DNA of 64,000 bases, from contig JAZRGA010000066.1 of NCBI GenBank assembly GCA_045643945.1, positions 677 to 64,676 of the forward strand, given 5' to 3'. Every line of letters starts with the position of its first letter. Position 1 is the first letter of the stretch. The stretch is from Eubacteriales bacterium (GTDB lineage: Bacteria; Bacillota; Clostridia; Oscillospirales; CAG-272). The position numbers and the translations under genes are program-made. Positions 1 to 10,125 of this stretch are shown here, piece after piece. Below the pieces are notes generated by a model, which searched no databases, was not told where the DNA came from, and worked only from the letters and a program-made list of their open reading frames with translations.

Positions 1-969
1 TACGAGGTCGGTATTAATTCCGTGAATACCAACGTCAAAGGTTGCTCTCTCGCCCGCCTGCTTTATACCTGTTTCAACCTCACGAGTTGCCTTTTCAACC
101 ATTTCCTCAATGCGTGACGGATGAATTCTACCGTCGGAAATAAGCTTTTCAAGTGTTATGCGAGCAATCTCTCTGCGGACCGGATCAAATCCCGAGAGTG
201 TAATAGCCTCCGGAGTATCGTCGATAATAAGCTCGACACCGGTAAGCTTTTCAAGCATCTGGATATTTCTACCCTCACGTCCGATTATGCGTCCCTTCAT
301 ATCCTCACTGGGGAGCGCTACAACCGAAACGGTCGTTTCTGCCACATGGTCTGCGGCACATCTTTGAATTGCAAGTGAAATTATGTTCTTTGCCTTTGCG
401 TCTGCGTCTTCCTTGAACTGTGTTTCAAGCGCATCAAGCTTTTGAGCAAGCTCGTGCTTAATTTCGGATTCTACACGAGATACAAGCTCGTCCTTAGCCT
501 CTTGCGCGGAAAGACCTGAAATTTTTTCGAGAATATCAAGCTCCTTTGAGCGAAGCTCGTTAATCTGCTCCTTGAGAACGTCGTTTTCCTTTATCTTTCG
601 ATCAAGAATTTCATTCTTGTTTTCAAGAGTTTCTGCCTTTTTGTCCAAATTTTCTTCCTTTTGAACCAAGCGGCGCTCTGTTCTCGAAATGTCGGCTCTG
701 CGTTCCTTAAGCTCCTTTTCGGCTTCATTTCTCTGCTTAAGAATTTCTTCCTTTGCACTGAGCAAGGCTTCTTTTTTCATGGTTTCGGCTTGCTTTGCGC
801 CATCCTCGCGGATTCTCTTTGCTTCCTCCTCAGCAGAACCTATTTCGGACTCGGCAATACGCTTACGGGCGTTATAGCCGACCTTGCGGAAAACAACTGC
901 AAAAATCACTGAGCCTGCGGCAAAAGCGCCTAATGCCAACAAAATTGCATAAATCAATTCCAAACCCAT
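1..969 (-). CDS. rny: Ribonuclease Y, N-terminal ~323 aa (3' part of the gene lies beyond the left window edge)
   Basis: Manual reverse-complement translation from the ATG at 969..967. It gives [23 protein letters not shown] (TM anchor), a charged coiled coil ([25 protein letters not shown]), then the KH signature [40 protein letters not shown]. The frame stays open to position 1. Absent from the ORF track because it is open-ended. Confidence 0.85.
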   Translation of the reverse strand, partial: MGLELIYAILLALGAFAAGSVIFAVVFRKVGYNARKRIAESEIGSAEEEAKRIREDGAKQAETMKKEALLSAKEEILKQRNEAEKELKERRADISRTERRLVQKEENLDKKAETLENKNEILDRKIKENDVLKEQINELRSKELDILEKISGLSAQEAKDELVSRVESEIKHELAQKLDALETQFKEDADAKAKNIISLAIQRCAADHVAETTVSVVALPSEDMKGRIIGREGRNIQMLEKLTGVELIIDDTPEAITLSGFDPVRREIARITLEKLISDGRIHPSRIEEMVEKATREVETGIKQAGERATFDVGIHGINTDLV

Positions 970-1066
970 ACACCTCCTTTGTCTTTATTCGTTTGTCAAA
1001 GATTATAAAATATATCTATCTCATAAATGATCAAAAATCGCCATTATGACATATATATTCTATATA

Positions 1067-1095
1067 ATTATACTATTTTTCTATTATTTTGTCAA
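1067..1095 (-). promoter_or_regulatory. Sigma-A type promoter for rny
   Basis: Minus strand reads TTGACA (1095..1090), 17 nt, TATAAT (1072..1067), about 100 nt upstream of the rny ATG. Confidence 0.5.
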
Positions 1096-1125
1096 GTGCT
1101 TTTAATTCAAAACACTGTATAAATC

Positions 1126-1158
1126 AAAAAAGAGAGCAAAAAATTTGCTCTCTTTTTT
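1126..1158 (-). terminator. Rho-independent terminator after rplA (potentially bidirectional)
   Basis: Hairpin AGAGAGCAAA-AAAT-TTGCTCTCT (1131..1153) flanked by an A-run and a T-run, about 15 nt downstream of the rplA stop. Confidence 0.7.
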
Positions 1159-1172
1159 ATATTCGGTTAGAA

Positions 1173-1859
1173 TTAGCCAAGCTTAGCCTGATTAACCTTG
1201 ATTCCGGGGCCCATAGTGCTTGCAACTACGCAGCTCTTGATGTACTGACCCTTTGCAGCAGCAGGCTTTGCCTTAATAACTGCTCCAACGAGAGTATCAA
1301 AGTTCTCTGTGAGCTTCTCTACGCCGAAGGATGCCTTACCGATAGGACAGTGAATGATGTTTGTCTTATCAAGACGGTACTCAATCTTACCCGCCTTAGC
1401 CTCGGTTACAGCCTTTGCAACGTCGGGAGTAACAGTTCCTGCCTTAGGAGAAGGCATAAGTCCCTTAGGACCGAGAACCTTACCGAGCTTACCGATAACG
1501 CCCATCATATCGGGGCTAGCGATAACTACGTCGAAATCAAACCAGTTCTCCTGAACGATCTTATCAGCGTACTCTACGCCGCCTGCGTACTCTGCGCCTG
1601 CGTCAAGAGCTGCCTGAACCTTATCGCCCTTAGCAAATACGAGAACCTTTACGCTCTTACCTGTTCCGTTAGGAAGAACAACTGCTCCTCTTACCTGCTG
1701 ATCTGCGTGACGGGAGTCAACGCCAAGGCGAATGTGAATTTCGATTGTTTCATCGAACTTTGCCTTAGAAGTCTTGCATACAAGATCCAATGCCTCAGAG
1801 GGATCATAGGACTTAGACTTATCAATAAGCTTTGCGCTGTCAATATACTTCTTACCCAT
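1173..1859 (-). CDS. rplA: 50S ribosomal protein L1
   Basis: Track ORF 1173..1865 with L1-like sequence ([25 protein letters not shown]). Sits next to rplK. The second ATG (1859) lies 9 nt after GGAGG, while the first (1865) is only 3 nt after it. Confidence 0.9.
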   Translation of the reverse strand: MGKKYIDSAKLIDKSKSYDPSEALDLVCKTSKAKFDETIEIHIRLGVDSRHADQQVRGAVVLPNGTGKSVKVLVFAKGDKVQAALDAGAEYAGGVEYADKIVQENWFDFDVVIASPDMMGVIGKLGKVLGPKGLMPSPKAGTVTPDVAKAVTEAKAGKIEYRLDKTNIIHCPIGKASFGVEKLTENFDTLVGAVIKAKPAAAKGQYIKSCVVASTMGPGIKVNQAKLG

Positions 1860-1877
1860 TTTCATTTCCCTCCTTAA

Positions 1878-2303
1878 TTAGTCTTCAATAACTACGCCCA
1901 TGCTGCGCGCAGTACCCTCAACCATGCTCATAGCGGTTTCGATGCTTGCTGCGTTAAGATCGGGCATCTTTGTTTCTGCGATCTTGCGAACCTGCTCCTT
2001 GGTGAGCTTTGCAACCTTAGTCTTGTTAGGCTTTGCAGAGCCCGACTCAATTCCTGCTGCCTTCTTTATAAGAACGGGAGCGGGGGGAGTCTTGGTTATA
2101 AATGTGAACGAACGGTCTGCATATACTGTAATAACAACAGGGATAACAAGACCGATATCGTTCTTTGTTCTTTCGTTAAATTCCTTAGTGAATACGGGAA
2201 TTGCAACACCGTACTGACCAAGAGCCGGACCTACAGGGGGCTGAGGAGTTGCCTTTCCGGCGGGCAACTGCAACTTAATGTAGCCCATTACTTTCTTTGC
2301 CAT
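1878..2303 (-). CDS. rplK: 50S ribosomal protein L11
   Basis: Canonical L11 N-terminus [30 protein letters not shown]. Conserved rplK-rplA pairing. Confidence 0.95.
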   Translation of the reverse strand: MAKKVMGYIKLQLPAGKATPQPPVGPALGQYGVAIPVFTKEFNERTKNDIGLVIPVVITVYADRSFTFITKTPPAPVLIKKAAGIESGSAKPNKTKVAKLTKEQVRKIAETKMPDLNAASIETAMSMVEGTARSMGVVIED

Positions 2304-2389
2304 AATTAAAAATCCTTCCTTGTGGTAAATTTGCGGGAAAATTCAAAAATTTTTCTCCCTCCCACTGTGACCTCAAAAAGAAATCACAA

Positions 2390-2926
2390 TTACGCAAGCT
2401 TTATCTCGCTTGCATCAAACTCAACAGGCATATTACGGCGTCCTCTGTTAACGAGAACCGTAACCGTTTTAAGATCGTCTGTTACTGCCTGAACTATACC
2501 CTCAGAGCCCTCAAAGGGTCCGCTGATGATAACTACGTTATCTCCGACCTTGAACTTAAGCTCTACTCTCTTGGTTTCGATATTGAGCGCGTCTACCTCC
2601 TCCTGAGAAAGGGGGGTGGGGCGCGATCCGGGGCCTACGAAGCCCGTTACACCGGTAATGTTTCTTACCGCGTGCCAGCTTTCCTCAGTCATTATCATCT
2701 TAACGAGAACGTAGCAAGGGAAAAGCTTTGATTCCTTTTCCTTGGTTTCACCACCGTTCTGCTCGATGATAGTTTCCATCGGTATCTTAATATCAAAAAT
2801 AAGATGTCCGAGTCCACGGTTTTCAACGATCTTTTCAAGGCTTGCCTTTACCTTGTTTTCGTAGCCGGAATAAGTGTGCGCCACATACCATCTCACGCCT
2901 ACGTTCATTTCATTGATGTCACTCAT
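2390..2926 (-). CDS. nusG: Transcription termination/antitermination factor NusG
   Basis: NGN motif WYVAHTYSGYENKV and KOW motif KVGDNVVIISGPFEGSEG. secE-nusG-rplK synteny. Confidence 0.93.
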   Translation of the reverse strand: MSDINEMNVGVRWYVAHTYSGYENKVKASLEKIVENRGLGHLIFDIKIPMETIIEQNGGETKEKESKLFPCYVLVKMIMTEESWHAVRNITGVTGFVGPGSRPTPLSQEEVDALNIETKRVELKFKVGDNVVIISGPFEGSEGIVQAVTDDLKTVTVLVNRGRRNMPVEFDASEIKLA

Positions 2927-2964
2927 TGTTTTTTCCTCGTTTTTCTCTTAATTATCCGAGTAAA

Positions 2965-3243
2965 TTATCCGAGCCAACTGGAAACACCATTGATAAGAGC
3001 TTCCATAGCCTTGTTAAACGTCCAGTCAAGTCCACCGAGAGCAATTGCGCATACTGCAACAATCACCAAAACAACGCCTGTTCCCTTGAGAACCTGCTTC
3101 CAGCTGGGCCAAACTATCTTCTTAACGTCACTCTTGAAACCCTTCCACGCATCCTTTATCTTACCCTTCTTAGCCTTCTTAGCTTTTTCGGGCTTTGCTT
3201 CTTTGGTTTCGATTTCAGCGGATTTCTTTTCTTTTTCTGCCAT
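2965..3243 (-). CDS. secE: Preprotein translocase subunit SecE
   Basis: 92 aa with a Lys-rich N-terminus and a single C-terminal TM helix (GVVLVIVAVCAIALGGL). Located between rpmG and nusG. Confidence 0.85.
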   Translation of the reverse strand: MAEKEKKSAEIETKEAKPEKAKKAKKGKIKDAWKGFKSDVKKIVWPSWKQVLKGTGVVLVIVAVCAIALGGLDWTFNKAMEALINGVSSWLG

Positions 3244-3259
3244 CTTAACCCCTCCCGAA

Positions 3260-3421
3260 TTACTTAGATTCTTTATGAAGAGTGTGCTTGCGGCAGAACT
3301 TGCAATACTTGTTAAGCTCTAATCTGTCAGGATCGTTCTTCTTGTTCTTCTTTGTGTCGTAATTTCTCTGCTTGCACTCTGTGCATACCAAAGTAATCTT
3401 AACTCTCGCATCATTAGCCAT
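3260..3421 (-). CDS. rpmG: 50S ribosomal protein L33
   Basis: Not in the track (53 aa). Manual translation: [53 protein letters not shown]. It has the CxxC...CxxC L33 pattern and a GGAGG 10 nt upstream of the ATG. Confidence 0.9.
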   Translation of the reverse strand: MANDARVKITLVCTECKQRNYDTKKNKKNDPDRLELNKYCKFCRKHTLHKESK

Positions 3422-3587
3422 TTTTGCGGCACCTCCATTTTCAAAATATTTGACCGAACACTTATCCGACGCATCAAAACGTGTTTAAAGCAACGGTCCG
3501 TGTACCTCCCTCACCGAGTGGCGTGCAGCAGTGCCTTTCGGCAATGGCGCTCTCTGTTGCACAACAAAAAAGCCTACCCGCAGAGGT
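3422..3587 (-). promoter_or_regulatory. Long structured 5' leader of the rpmG-secE-nusG operon (function unknown)
   Basis: About 165 nt separate the predicted TSS from the rpmG ATG. The region contains the stem GUGCAACAG...CUGCUGCAC (8 of 9 pairs) enclosing UGCC-GAAA-GGCA (GNRA loop). Confidence 0.35.
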
Positions 3588-3593
3588 ATAACC

Positions 3594-3622
3594 ATTATAC
3601 CACTACAAGAGGCTTATGTCAA
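3594..3622 (-). promoter_or_regulatory. Sigma-A type promoter of the rpmG-secE-nusG operon
   Basis: Minus strand reads TTGACA (3622..3617), 17 nt, TATAAT (3599..3594). Both hexamers match consensus exactly. Confidence 0.6.
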
Positions 3623-3770
3623 TAGCTTTTTTGATTTTTTTCTCATTTTTATAATTTTTATCAATTTTATTAATTTTGCCGTTTTTATTATTTTTTACAA
3701 TTTTATTACCGTAACTCATAAAATGCAGACGGCATCCGCTAAAATCAAAGGTAAAGCCGTTTTTTAAAAA

Positions 3771-3800
3771 TAGCGTGACAGGAAAAATCCCATCACGCTA
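3771..3800 (-). terminator. Rho-independent terminator after the acidic Cys/Asp-rich gene
   Basis: 8-bp stem TAGCGTGA/TCACGCTA, followed on the minus strand by TTTTT. Starts 12 nt after the stop at 3812. Confidence 0.65.
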
Positions 3801-3811
3801 AAAGTTATTGA

Positions 3812-4306
3812 TTACTCTGCATCAAGAGCCTCGAGATCCTCCTCGGATACCAAGCACTCAAACTTCTCGCCGCACGCGGGGCAAGCAAGCTCCTCGGGAT
3901 CGATGCTTCCGTCGAAGCAAATAGTTTCACCGCAGGAAGGACATTCAACCTCGAAATAGTCCTCATCCGCGAGAGCGCAATCACAATCGCAATCATCGCA
4001 ATCGCCATCGCATTCATCATCGTCCCAATCATCATAATCGTCATAATCATCGCAATCGCAGTCGCAATCACAGTCGCAGTCACAATCATCGTATACGATT
4101 TCCTCAACCGCACCGAGATCCTCGTCGATTTCCTCAATGTAATCACCGAGAGTATCAACGTCCTCCTCGAGCTCGTTGATAGCATCAGTCATTTCACCAA
4201 CAAGGTCAATAAGAGCAGCAATAAGCTTACCCTCCTTAGTGGTTTCGTCAAGATCAAGACCGTCTGCAAGACCCTGAATGTAAGCAGCCTTTTCGCTAAG
4301 TGTCAT
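3812..4306 (-). CDS. Highly acidic protein with a (Cys-Asp)n tract and a C-terminal zinc-ribbon-like CxxC...CxxC
   Basis: Track ORF of 164 aa. Contains DCDCDCDCDCDCDD...ECDGDCDDCDCDC, then ECPSCGETICFDG...LACPACGEKFEC. Good SD (AAGGAGGAACC) before the ATG. Confidence 0.8.
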   Translation of the reverse strand: MTLSEKAAYIQGLADGLDLDETTKEGKLIAALIDLVGEMTDAINELEEDVDTLGDYIEEIDEDLGAVEEIVYDDCDCDCDCDCDCDDYDDYDDWDDDECDGDCDDCDCDCALADEDYFEVECPSCGETICFDGSIDPEELACPACGEKFECLVSEEDLEALDAE

Positions 4307-4378
4307 AATAGGTTCCTCCTTATAATTACGCCTTAAATTACGTTTATTATAGCTTTATTGTACTCAATGATATTAAAA

Positions 4379-4936
4379 TTAAGCTCTGGAAAGATACTCG
4401 CCGGTTCTGGTATCTATCTTAAGAACCTCGCCCTCGTTAATGAAGAGCGGAACCTTAATAACCGCGCCGGTTTCAAGAGTTGCGGGCTTAAGAGTATTGG
4501 TTGCGGTGTTACCTGCAAAGCCGGGGTCGGTCTGAGTAACCGCAAGCTCAACGAACGTAGGAGGCTCTACGCCAAATACGTTGCCCTTATAAGAAATAAT
4601 CTTGCACATCATTTCTTCCTTTACAAACTTAAAGCTATCGGGAAGCTTGTCGCTGTTAAGAGGAAGCATATCGAAGGTTTCCATATCCATAAAGTAATAA
4701 AGGTCACCGTCGTTATAGGAATACTGCATTTCCCTTCTCTCAATATAAGCATTCTCGAATTTATCAGTGGGGCTGAAAGTTCTCTCGATTACAGCGCCAG
4801 TGATAACGTTTTTGATTTTGGTACGAACGAATGCAGCTCCCTTACCGGGCTTAACGTGCTGAAATTCAACAACCTGAAATACTGCGCCGTCCATATCGAA
4901 CGTAATACCGTTCTTAAAATCGCCTGCTACTACCAT
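4379..4936 (-). CDS. efp: Elongation factor P
   Basis: [17 protein letters not shown]...[16 protein letters not shown] (EF-P KPGKG loop). The ATG at 4936 is 9 nt after GGAGG. The track start at 4954 is a TTG that overlaps the SD. Confidence 0.93.
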   Translation of the reverse strand: MVVAGDFKNGITFDMDGAVFQVVEFQHVKPGKGAAFVRTKIKNVITGAVIERTFSPTDKFENAYIERREMQYSYNDGDLYYFMDMETFDMLPLNSDKLPDSFKFVKEEMMCKIISYKGNVFGVEPPTFVELAVTQTDPGFAGNTATNTLKPATLETGAVIKVPLFINEGEVLKIDTRTGEYLSRA

Positions 4937-5142
4937 AATTTTATTTACCTCCAAAAAGTAAGTCTATTTTTCATATGATATCATTATAACTCATTTTTCT
5001 AAAAATTTCAAGTCTTTTTTTAATGTTTTTTATTTTTTTCTCAAATCTCTTTAAACAGTACCCGTTTTATTGTCTTTTTGCCCATAAAAAATGCGTATAT
5101 ATATAATTTATTGTATATATTCCCCCAAAATTTAAAAATTCG

Positions 5143-5171
5143 TTGACAATTCCGTCAAAAAGAGTTATAAT
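5143..5171 (+). promoter_or_regulatory. Sigma-A type promoter of the yicC-remA-gmk-rpoZ block
   Basis: TTGACA (5143..5148), 17 nt, TATAAT (5166..5171). Confidence 0.6.
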
Positions 5172-5216
5172 ATATCTGTATATTTTTAAAAATATTTTCC
5201 TAATGAGGCAAAAGCT

Positions 5217-6104
5217 ATGATAAAAAGTATGACCGCTTTCGGCAGAGCGAGAGCAACGGTTAACGGAAAGGATATTTCGGTCGAAATACGCTCGGTCAAC
5301 AACCGATACTTCGACTGCTCTGTAAAGCTTCCGAGAGCGTTTTCCTTTCTTGAAGAAAAAATAAAGCCCTATCTTCAGTCAAAATCCATATCTCGCGGAA
5401 AGGTTGACGTTTTTATTACAATCGACGTAATAAGCTCTCCCCTACCCGATATCACGATAGACGAGGGATATGCGGAAGCGTACATTAAAACGCTTAACAC
5501 GCTTGCAGAAAAGTATTCGCTCAAAAACGATATAAGCGTTATGCAGGTAGCCCAAAACCGTGACATCTTCGTTATAAGAAAATCCGAGGAGGATACCGAA
5601 AAGGAATGGGCAGATATCCGCATCGTACTTGACTCGGCAATCGAGCGATTTATCGAGGGCAGAGCGAATGAGGGCAGAAACATCGAGTCCGATATCAAGA
5701 GCAAAATCGAGGGCATTTCCGAGCTTGTCACAAGAGTTGAGGCTATTTCGGCTTCGGACACAGCAGGATATAAGCAAAAGCTTGAGGCTCGTCTTCGCGA
5801 GATGCTTTCCGACAACAAGCTTGTTTTTGATGAAAGCCGTATTCTCACCGAATGCGCTATATTTGCGGATAAAATTGCTATCGACGAGGAAATCGTTCGT
5901 TTGCGTTCACATTTCATTACCTTTGGAGAAATTATTTCATCTAACGAGCCTGCGGGAAGAAAGCTTGACTTTCTAATGCAGGAAATGAACCGTGAAACCA
6001 ACACGATAGGCTCTAAATGTCAAAACGCTTCTATTGCTAAAATAGTGGTAGACATAAAATGTGAGCTTGAAAAAATACGCGAGCAAATTCAAAACATTGA
6101 ATAA
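5217..6104 (+). CDS. yicC: YicC/YloC-family stress-induced protein (endoribonuclease family)
   Basis: N-terminus MIKSMTAFGRA and C-terminal KLDFLMQEMNRETNTIGSK motif. Conserved position upstream of remA-gmk-rpoZ. Confidence 0.85.
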   Translation: MIKSMTAFGRARATVNGKDISVEIRSVNNRYFDCSVKLPRAFSFLEEKIKPYLQSKSISRGKVDVFITIDVISSPLPDITIDEGYAEAYIKTLNTLAEKYSLKNDISVMQVAQNRDIFVIRKSEEDTEKEWADIRIVLDSAIERFIEGRANEGRNIESDIKSKIEGISELVTRVEAISASDTAGYKQKLEARLREMLSDNKLVFDESRILTECAIFADKIAIDEEIVRLRSHFITFGEIISSNEPAGRKLDFLMQEMNRETNTIGSKCQNASIAKIVVDIKCELEKIREQIQNIE

Positions 6105-6208
6105 TCAATCAATTAAGCTATAAAACAATTTAATAAACGCAATTAAACCCTTTCGATTTTGGAAACACTAAAGTCGAGGATATAAAGATATAAAAAAGAG
6201 ATACAAAA

Positions 6209-6472
6209 ATGAAGTTTATAAACATTGGATTTGGAAATATGGTCGCCGCCGACCGTATAATTACCATCGTCAGTCCCGAATCCGCACCGATTAAAAGACT
6301 TATGCAGGATGCAAAGGCGGAGGGACGGGTTATTGACGTTTCCTGCGGAAGACGCACGAGAGCGGTAATAATCACAGATAGCGGTCACGTTATATTCAGC
6401 GCTATACAGTCGGAAACGGTTGCAAACCGTCTTGAAAGCGAAAACGATACAGAAGAAGAGGACGAGGCATAA
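6209..6472 (+). CDS. remA: RemA/DUF370 family regulator
   Basis: [36 protein letters not shown]...[19 protein letters not shown], typical of DUF370. Lies directly upstream of gmk. Confidence 0.85.
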   Translation: MKFINIGFGNMVAADRIITIVSPESAPIKRLMQDAKAEGRVIDVSCGRRTRAVIITDSGHVIFSAIQSETVANRLESENDTEEEDEA

Positions 6473-6480
6473 AGCAGATT

Positions 6481-7089
6481 ATGAAAAAAGGATTACTTAT
6501 TGTTGTTTCAGGACCCGCCGGAAGCGGAAAAGGCACAGTTGCAAAGCGCCTTATCAAAACAGGAACCGTTGTTTACTCGGTTTCCGCCACCACACGCGCA
6601 CCTCGCCCCGGAGAGGTTGAGGGCGAAAGCTATTATTACATAACCCGCGAATCCTTTATGGAGAGAATTGAGAGCGGAGATATGATTGAGCACACCGAGT
6701 ATTGCGGCAATTTTTACGGAACTCCGAAGAAGGAAACTCTTGCTATGCTCGAATCGGGAAAGAACGTTATTCTCGAGCTTGAGGTAGAGGGCGCAATGAA
6801 TATAAAGGCTCAATACCCCGAGGCGGTTCTCATTCTCTTTCTTCCTCCCTCCTTTGCGGTCCAAGAGCAGCGACTCAGAAAAAGAGGAACAGAAACAGAG
6901 GAAAAGATCTGCGCAAGACTTGAGCGCACAAAAGAGGAGCTTAAGCGCGCAAACGCCTATGATTACGTTGTGTATAATCACGATTTCAGAGATGCGGAGG
7001 CAGCTCAAAAGATACTCAACATCATCGACGCCGAGCTTTCATCGATAAAGCGCAATCCCGACGTTGAAGTCAATTATTTCGACAATTAA
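6481..7089 (+). CDS. gmk: Guanylate kinase
   Basis: P-loop GPAGSGKGT, then SATTRAPRPGEVEGESYYY and the EYCGNFYGTP motif. Confidence 0.93.
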   Translation: MKKGLLIVVSGPAGSGKGTVAKRLIKTGTVVYSVSATTRAPRPGEVEGESYYYITRESFMERIESGDMIEHTEYCGNFYGTPKKETLAMLESGKNVILELEVEGAMNIKAQYPEAVLILFLPPSFAVQEQRLRKRGTETEEKICARLERTKEELKRANAYDYVVYNHDFRDAEAAQKILNIIDAELSSIKRNPDVEVNYFDN

Positions 7090-7138
7090 TTTTAGAAAAT
7101 AAATTTTACATAAATATTTTACTTTTAAGGAGAAATCT

Positions 7139-7492
7139 ATGCTTTACCCAACAATCACAGAACTTACAAAAGACGAATTTAACCGTTATGAGCTTGCGCT
7201 TGCAACCGCAAAATGCGCTCGTATCATAACCGACGAATATGTTGCTCAAAAAGTAGCGGCTGAGGAGGCTGCGGGCGGAAACAAGGAAACCGAGCGCGCT
7301 CTTATCAACAATATAAACAAGGAATACCGTGACGAAAAGGCAGTAAAGAACGCTATTACCCGTATTCACCGCGGAGAATATAAAATAGTTCGTTGCGCAG
7401 CTGACGAGTCCGACTCTTGCGATGCCGAGGCTACCGAGGAAATCAGCGATATAAGCGAGGCTGTAGAGGAAGCTGCAACTGATGCAGAATAA
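7139..7492 (+). CDS. rpoZ: DNA-directed RNA polymerase subunit omega with an acidic C-terminal extension
   Basis: Omega-like N-terminus (NRYELALATAKCARII). gmk-rpoZ synteny. Confidence 0.75.
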   Translation: MLYPTITELTKDEFNRYELALATAKCARIITDEYVAQKVAAEEAAGGNKETERALINNINKEYRDEKAVKNAITRIHRGEYKIVRCAADESDSCDAEATEEISDISEAVEEAATDAE

Positions 7493-7572
7493 GCGATAAA
7501 AATATTAATCGGCTATAACAACAAATAAAGTATAAATAACACAGTATAAATTAGGAAACGGAGGCGAACGAT

Positions 7573-10083
7573 ATGTCGGAATATGCAGGGCTTCATATAT
7601 TAAAGAACCCCTATCATATTGATAACACCTATGACTATTTTGTTCCGCCCGATCTCCGCGAATCGCTTTGCGAGGGAGATTTTGTTGCCGTTCCCTTTGG
7701 AAATGCTAATAAAAGGGAGATTGCTTTGGTGATCTCCCTTAAAGATTGTCCCGATAACAATGCGGTAAACTGTAAGCCCATTTTATCGATATGCGACAAA
7801 AGGCTCTCACTCTCACAGGAGATACTTAAGCTCTGCCTTTTTATGAAGGAGCAAACACTCTGCTCTATCGGGGATACTGTTAAAGTGGTTATGCCCTCTG
7901 CGGCTCTCACAGACCCACACGAAATAATAAAGGTATCCGACGAATATATGTCAAAAAAAATCCCCAAGGGGCTTGTGAGCGAGGCGGCTCTCTTTATTGC
8001 AGATAAAATAAAGAAAAAAGGTAAAACTACTATGTATGAGCTTGAGCTGAAATACGGTAAAGCCGCTGACTACCTTTTTAACGAGCTTTTTGATAAAAAT
8101 ATTATTTACAGAGATTACGAAATACACGACCCTCAGGTTAGATACGAGAGCTATTATTCCCTTTCCATTTCAAAGGAGGATGCAGAATCGATAGTCGACC
8201 GAAGCGACAAATTTTTCAAAATACGCTCGGTTACGCAGATAAAGATTATAAAGCATCTTTTATCATTACCCGAGGATGCCGAGGTATCACGCGGAGAGCT
8301 TAACGAAAAATATTCCGCAACCTATGCGCACTTTAAAGCGCTTCTCGACAAAGGAATTTTAGAGCGCGAGGTGCGTGAGCTTGACCGTGGAATTCTTCAT
8401 ATCGCCCCCGCAATCAATGAACGCTCCTCCGAGCCGATATCGCTTAACGAGGAGCAGCTTTCAGCATTTAACACGCTTCGCAACCTCTCCGACAGTGGAG
8501 AGCCAAAGGCGGCGCTTCTTTACGGAATAACCGGTAGCGGAAAGACCTCTGTAATGCTAAAGACCATCGACCACGTTTTAGAAAAAGGCAAGCAAGCGAT
8601 AGTGCTTCTCCCCGAGATATCCTTAACGCCTCAAACGCTTGGAATATTTTGCTCGAGATACGGTGAGCGAGTTGCTATAATTCATTCGGCTCTTTCGGCA
8701 GGCGAGCGACTCGACACGTTTAGAAGAATAAAAAGCGGAGGCGCAGATATAGTTATCGGTACACGCTCCGCAATATTCGCCCCTCTCCCACGTCTTGGAC
8801 TTATAGTTATCGACGAGGAGCAGGAGCACACCTATAAATCTGACCAAAATCCAAAATACCACGCCCGTGACGTTGCGCGCTTCAGATGCGCACACTCGAA
8901 GGCGCTTATGCTTCTTGCCTCCGCAACCCCATCGTTTGAAAGCTACTATAAGGCGCAAGAAGGAAAATATACCTTAATAAAGCTTACGCACCGCTACGGC
9001 AAAGCAAAGCTGCCAAAGGTATCTATCGTTGATATGAGAAAATCCTCGTCGGGAACGATAAACTCTCCACTTGGAAATATGCTTTGCGAGCGACTCGTAG
9101 AAAACATACAGAGCGGAAATCAATCTATTCTTTTTCTTAACCGACGCGGATATTATAACTTTATAAGCTGTCAAAGCTGTGGCAGTGCAATATCCTGCCC
9201 GACTTGTAGCGTATCTATGACCTATCACACCTACGGCAGAGCCTACAACACAGGAGAGCTAAGATGCCACTGGTGCGGCAAGCGTATGCATCTTCCTATG
9301 GTCTGCCCCGAATGCGGAAGTGAGCATCTTGCGAAAATGGGCTTCGGAACTCAACGTGTTGAGCAAGAGCTTACCACGCTTCTTCCAATATCCCGTATTA
9401 TTCGTATGGACACAGATACCACAACGTCAAAAAGTGCATACGAAAAGCTGCTCGGTCAATTTCGTGCAAGAGAAGCCGACGTTTTGCTTGGAACTCAAAT
9501 GGTTACAAAGGGTCACGACTTCCCTGCCGTAACCTTAGTCGGCGTTCTTTCGGCAGATGCATCTCTTTATCTTGATGACTACCGCGCCGCAGAGCGAACC
9601 TTTGCTATGCTTACCCAAGTAATAGGCAGAGCGGGACGCTCCGATAAGGAGGGCGAGGCTATAATCCAAACCTCAAACCCAAATCACGAATGTATTAAGC
9701 TTGCCTGCGAGCAAAATTACGATGAATTTTATGAACGTGAAATACGTCTGCGCAAGGAGCTATGCTTTCCACCGTTTTGCGATATAGCGCTTATAGCATT
9801 ATCATCGTCACTTGAAAAAGAATTACAACGTGTATCAGCTCTTTTAAGCGAGCAAATAGCAGAGCTTTCAAAGGGTAGCTTTAAGGATATACCTCTCGTT
9901 ATATTCGGTCCTTTTGAAGCGCCCGTATATAAGGTTGAAAACAAATACAGACTTCGTACGGTAATTAAATGCCGACTCAACAAGCGCTCGCGTGAATTTT
10001 TTGCTACTCTACTAAAGAGCTTTGCGAAGATGAATAATAAATCGGTAAGCATGTCGGTAGATTTTAATCCGTCAAGCATTTAA
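7573..10083 (+). CDS. priA: Primosomal protein N' (replication restart helicase PriA)
   Basis: Walker A GITGSGKTS, DEEQE box, and the Cys-rich insertion CQSCGSAISCPTCSVSMTYH...CHWCG...CPECGS. Confidence 0.93.
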   Translation: MSEYAGLHILKNPYHIDNTYDYFVPPDLRESLCEGDFVAVPFGNANKREIALVISLKDCPDNNAVNCKPILSICDKRLSLSQEILKLCLFMKEQTLCSIGDTVKVVMPSAALTDPHEIIKVSDEYMSKKIPKGLVSEAALFIADKIKKKGKTTMYELELKYGKAADYLFNELFDKNIIYRDYEIHDPQVRYESYYSLSISKEDAESIVDRSDKFFKIRSVTQIKIIKHLLSLPEDAEVSRGELNEKYSATYAHFKALLDKGILEREVRELDRGILHIAPAINERSSEPISLNEEQLSAFNTLRNLSDSGEPKAALLYGITGSGKTSVMLKTIDHVLEKGKQAIVLLPEISLTPQTLGIFCSRYGERVAIIHSALSAGERLDTFRRIKSGGADIVIGTRSAIFAPLPRLGLIVIDEEQEHTYKSDQNPKYHARDVARFRCAHSKALMLLASATPSFESYYKAQEGKYTLIKLTHRYGKAKLPKVSIVDMRKSSSGTINSPLGNMLCERLVENIQSGNQSILFLNRRGYYNFISCQSCGSAISCPTCSVSMTYHTYGRAYNTGELRCHWCGKRMHLPMVCPECGSEHLAKMGFGTQRVEQELTTLLPISRIIRMDTDTTTSKSAYEKLLGQFRAREADVLLGTQMVTKGHDFPAVTLVGVLSADASLYLDDYRAAERTFAMLTQVIGRAGRSDKEGEAIIQTSNPNHECIKLACEQNYDEFYEREIRLRKELCFPPFCDIALIALSSSLEKELQRVSALLSEQIAELSKGSFKDIPLVIFGPFEAPVYKVENKYRLRTVIKCRLNKRSREFFATLLKSFAKMNNKSVSMSVDFNPSSI

Positions 10084-10125
10084 ATAACTAAATTAATACT
10101 TATAACTCATAGGAGAATATATTTT

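Noticed and set aside
3531-3767. Track ORF of 78 aa (plus strand) in the AT-rich spacer
   Set aside because: It runs across the rpmG-operon promoter and a low-complexity poly-T/A tract (FFDFFLIFIIFINFINF). It has no SD.
3805-4185. Alternative-frame 126-aa ORF inside the acidic Cys/Asp gene
   Set aside because: It is an out-of-frame reading of the hexanucleotide repeat (IATAIAMIMTIMM). The 164-aa frame has the SD and the zinc-ribbon motif.
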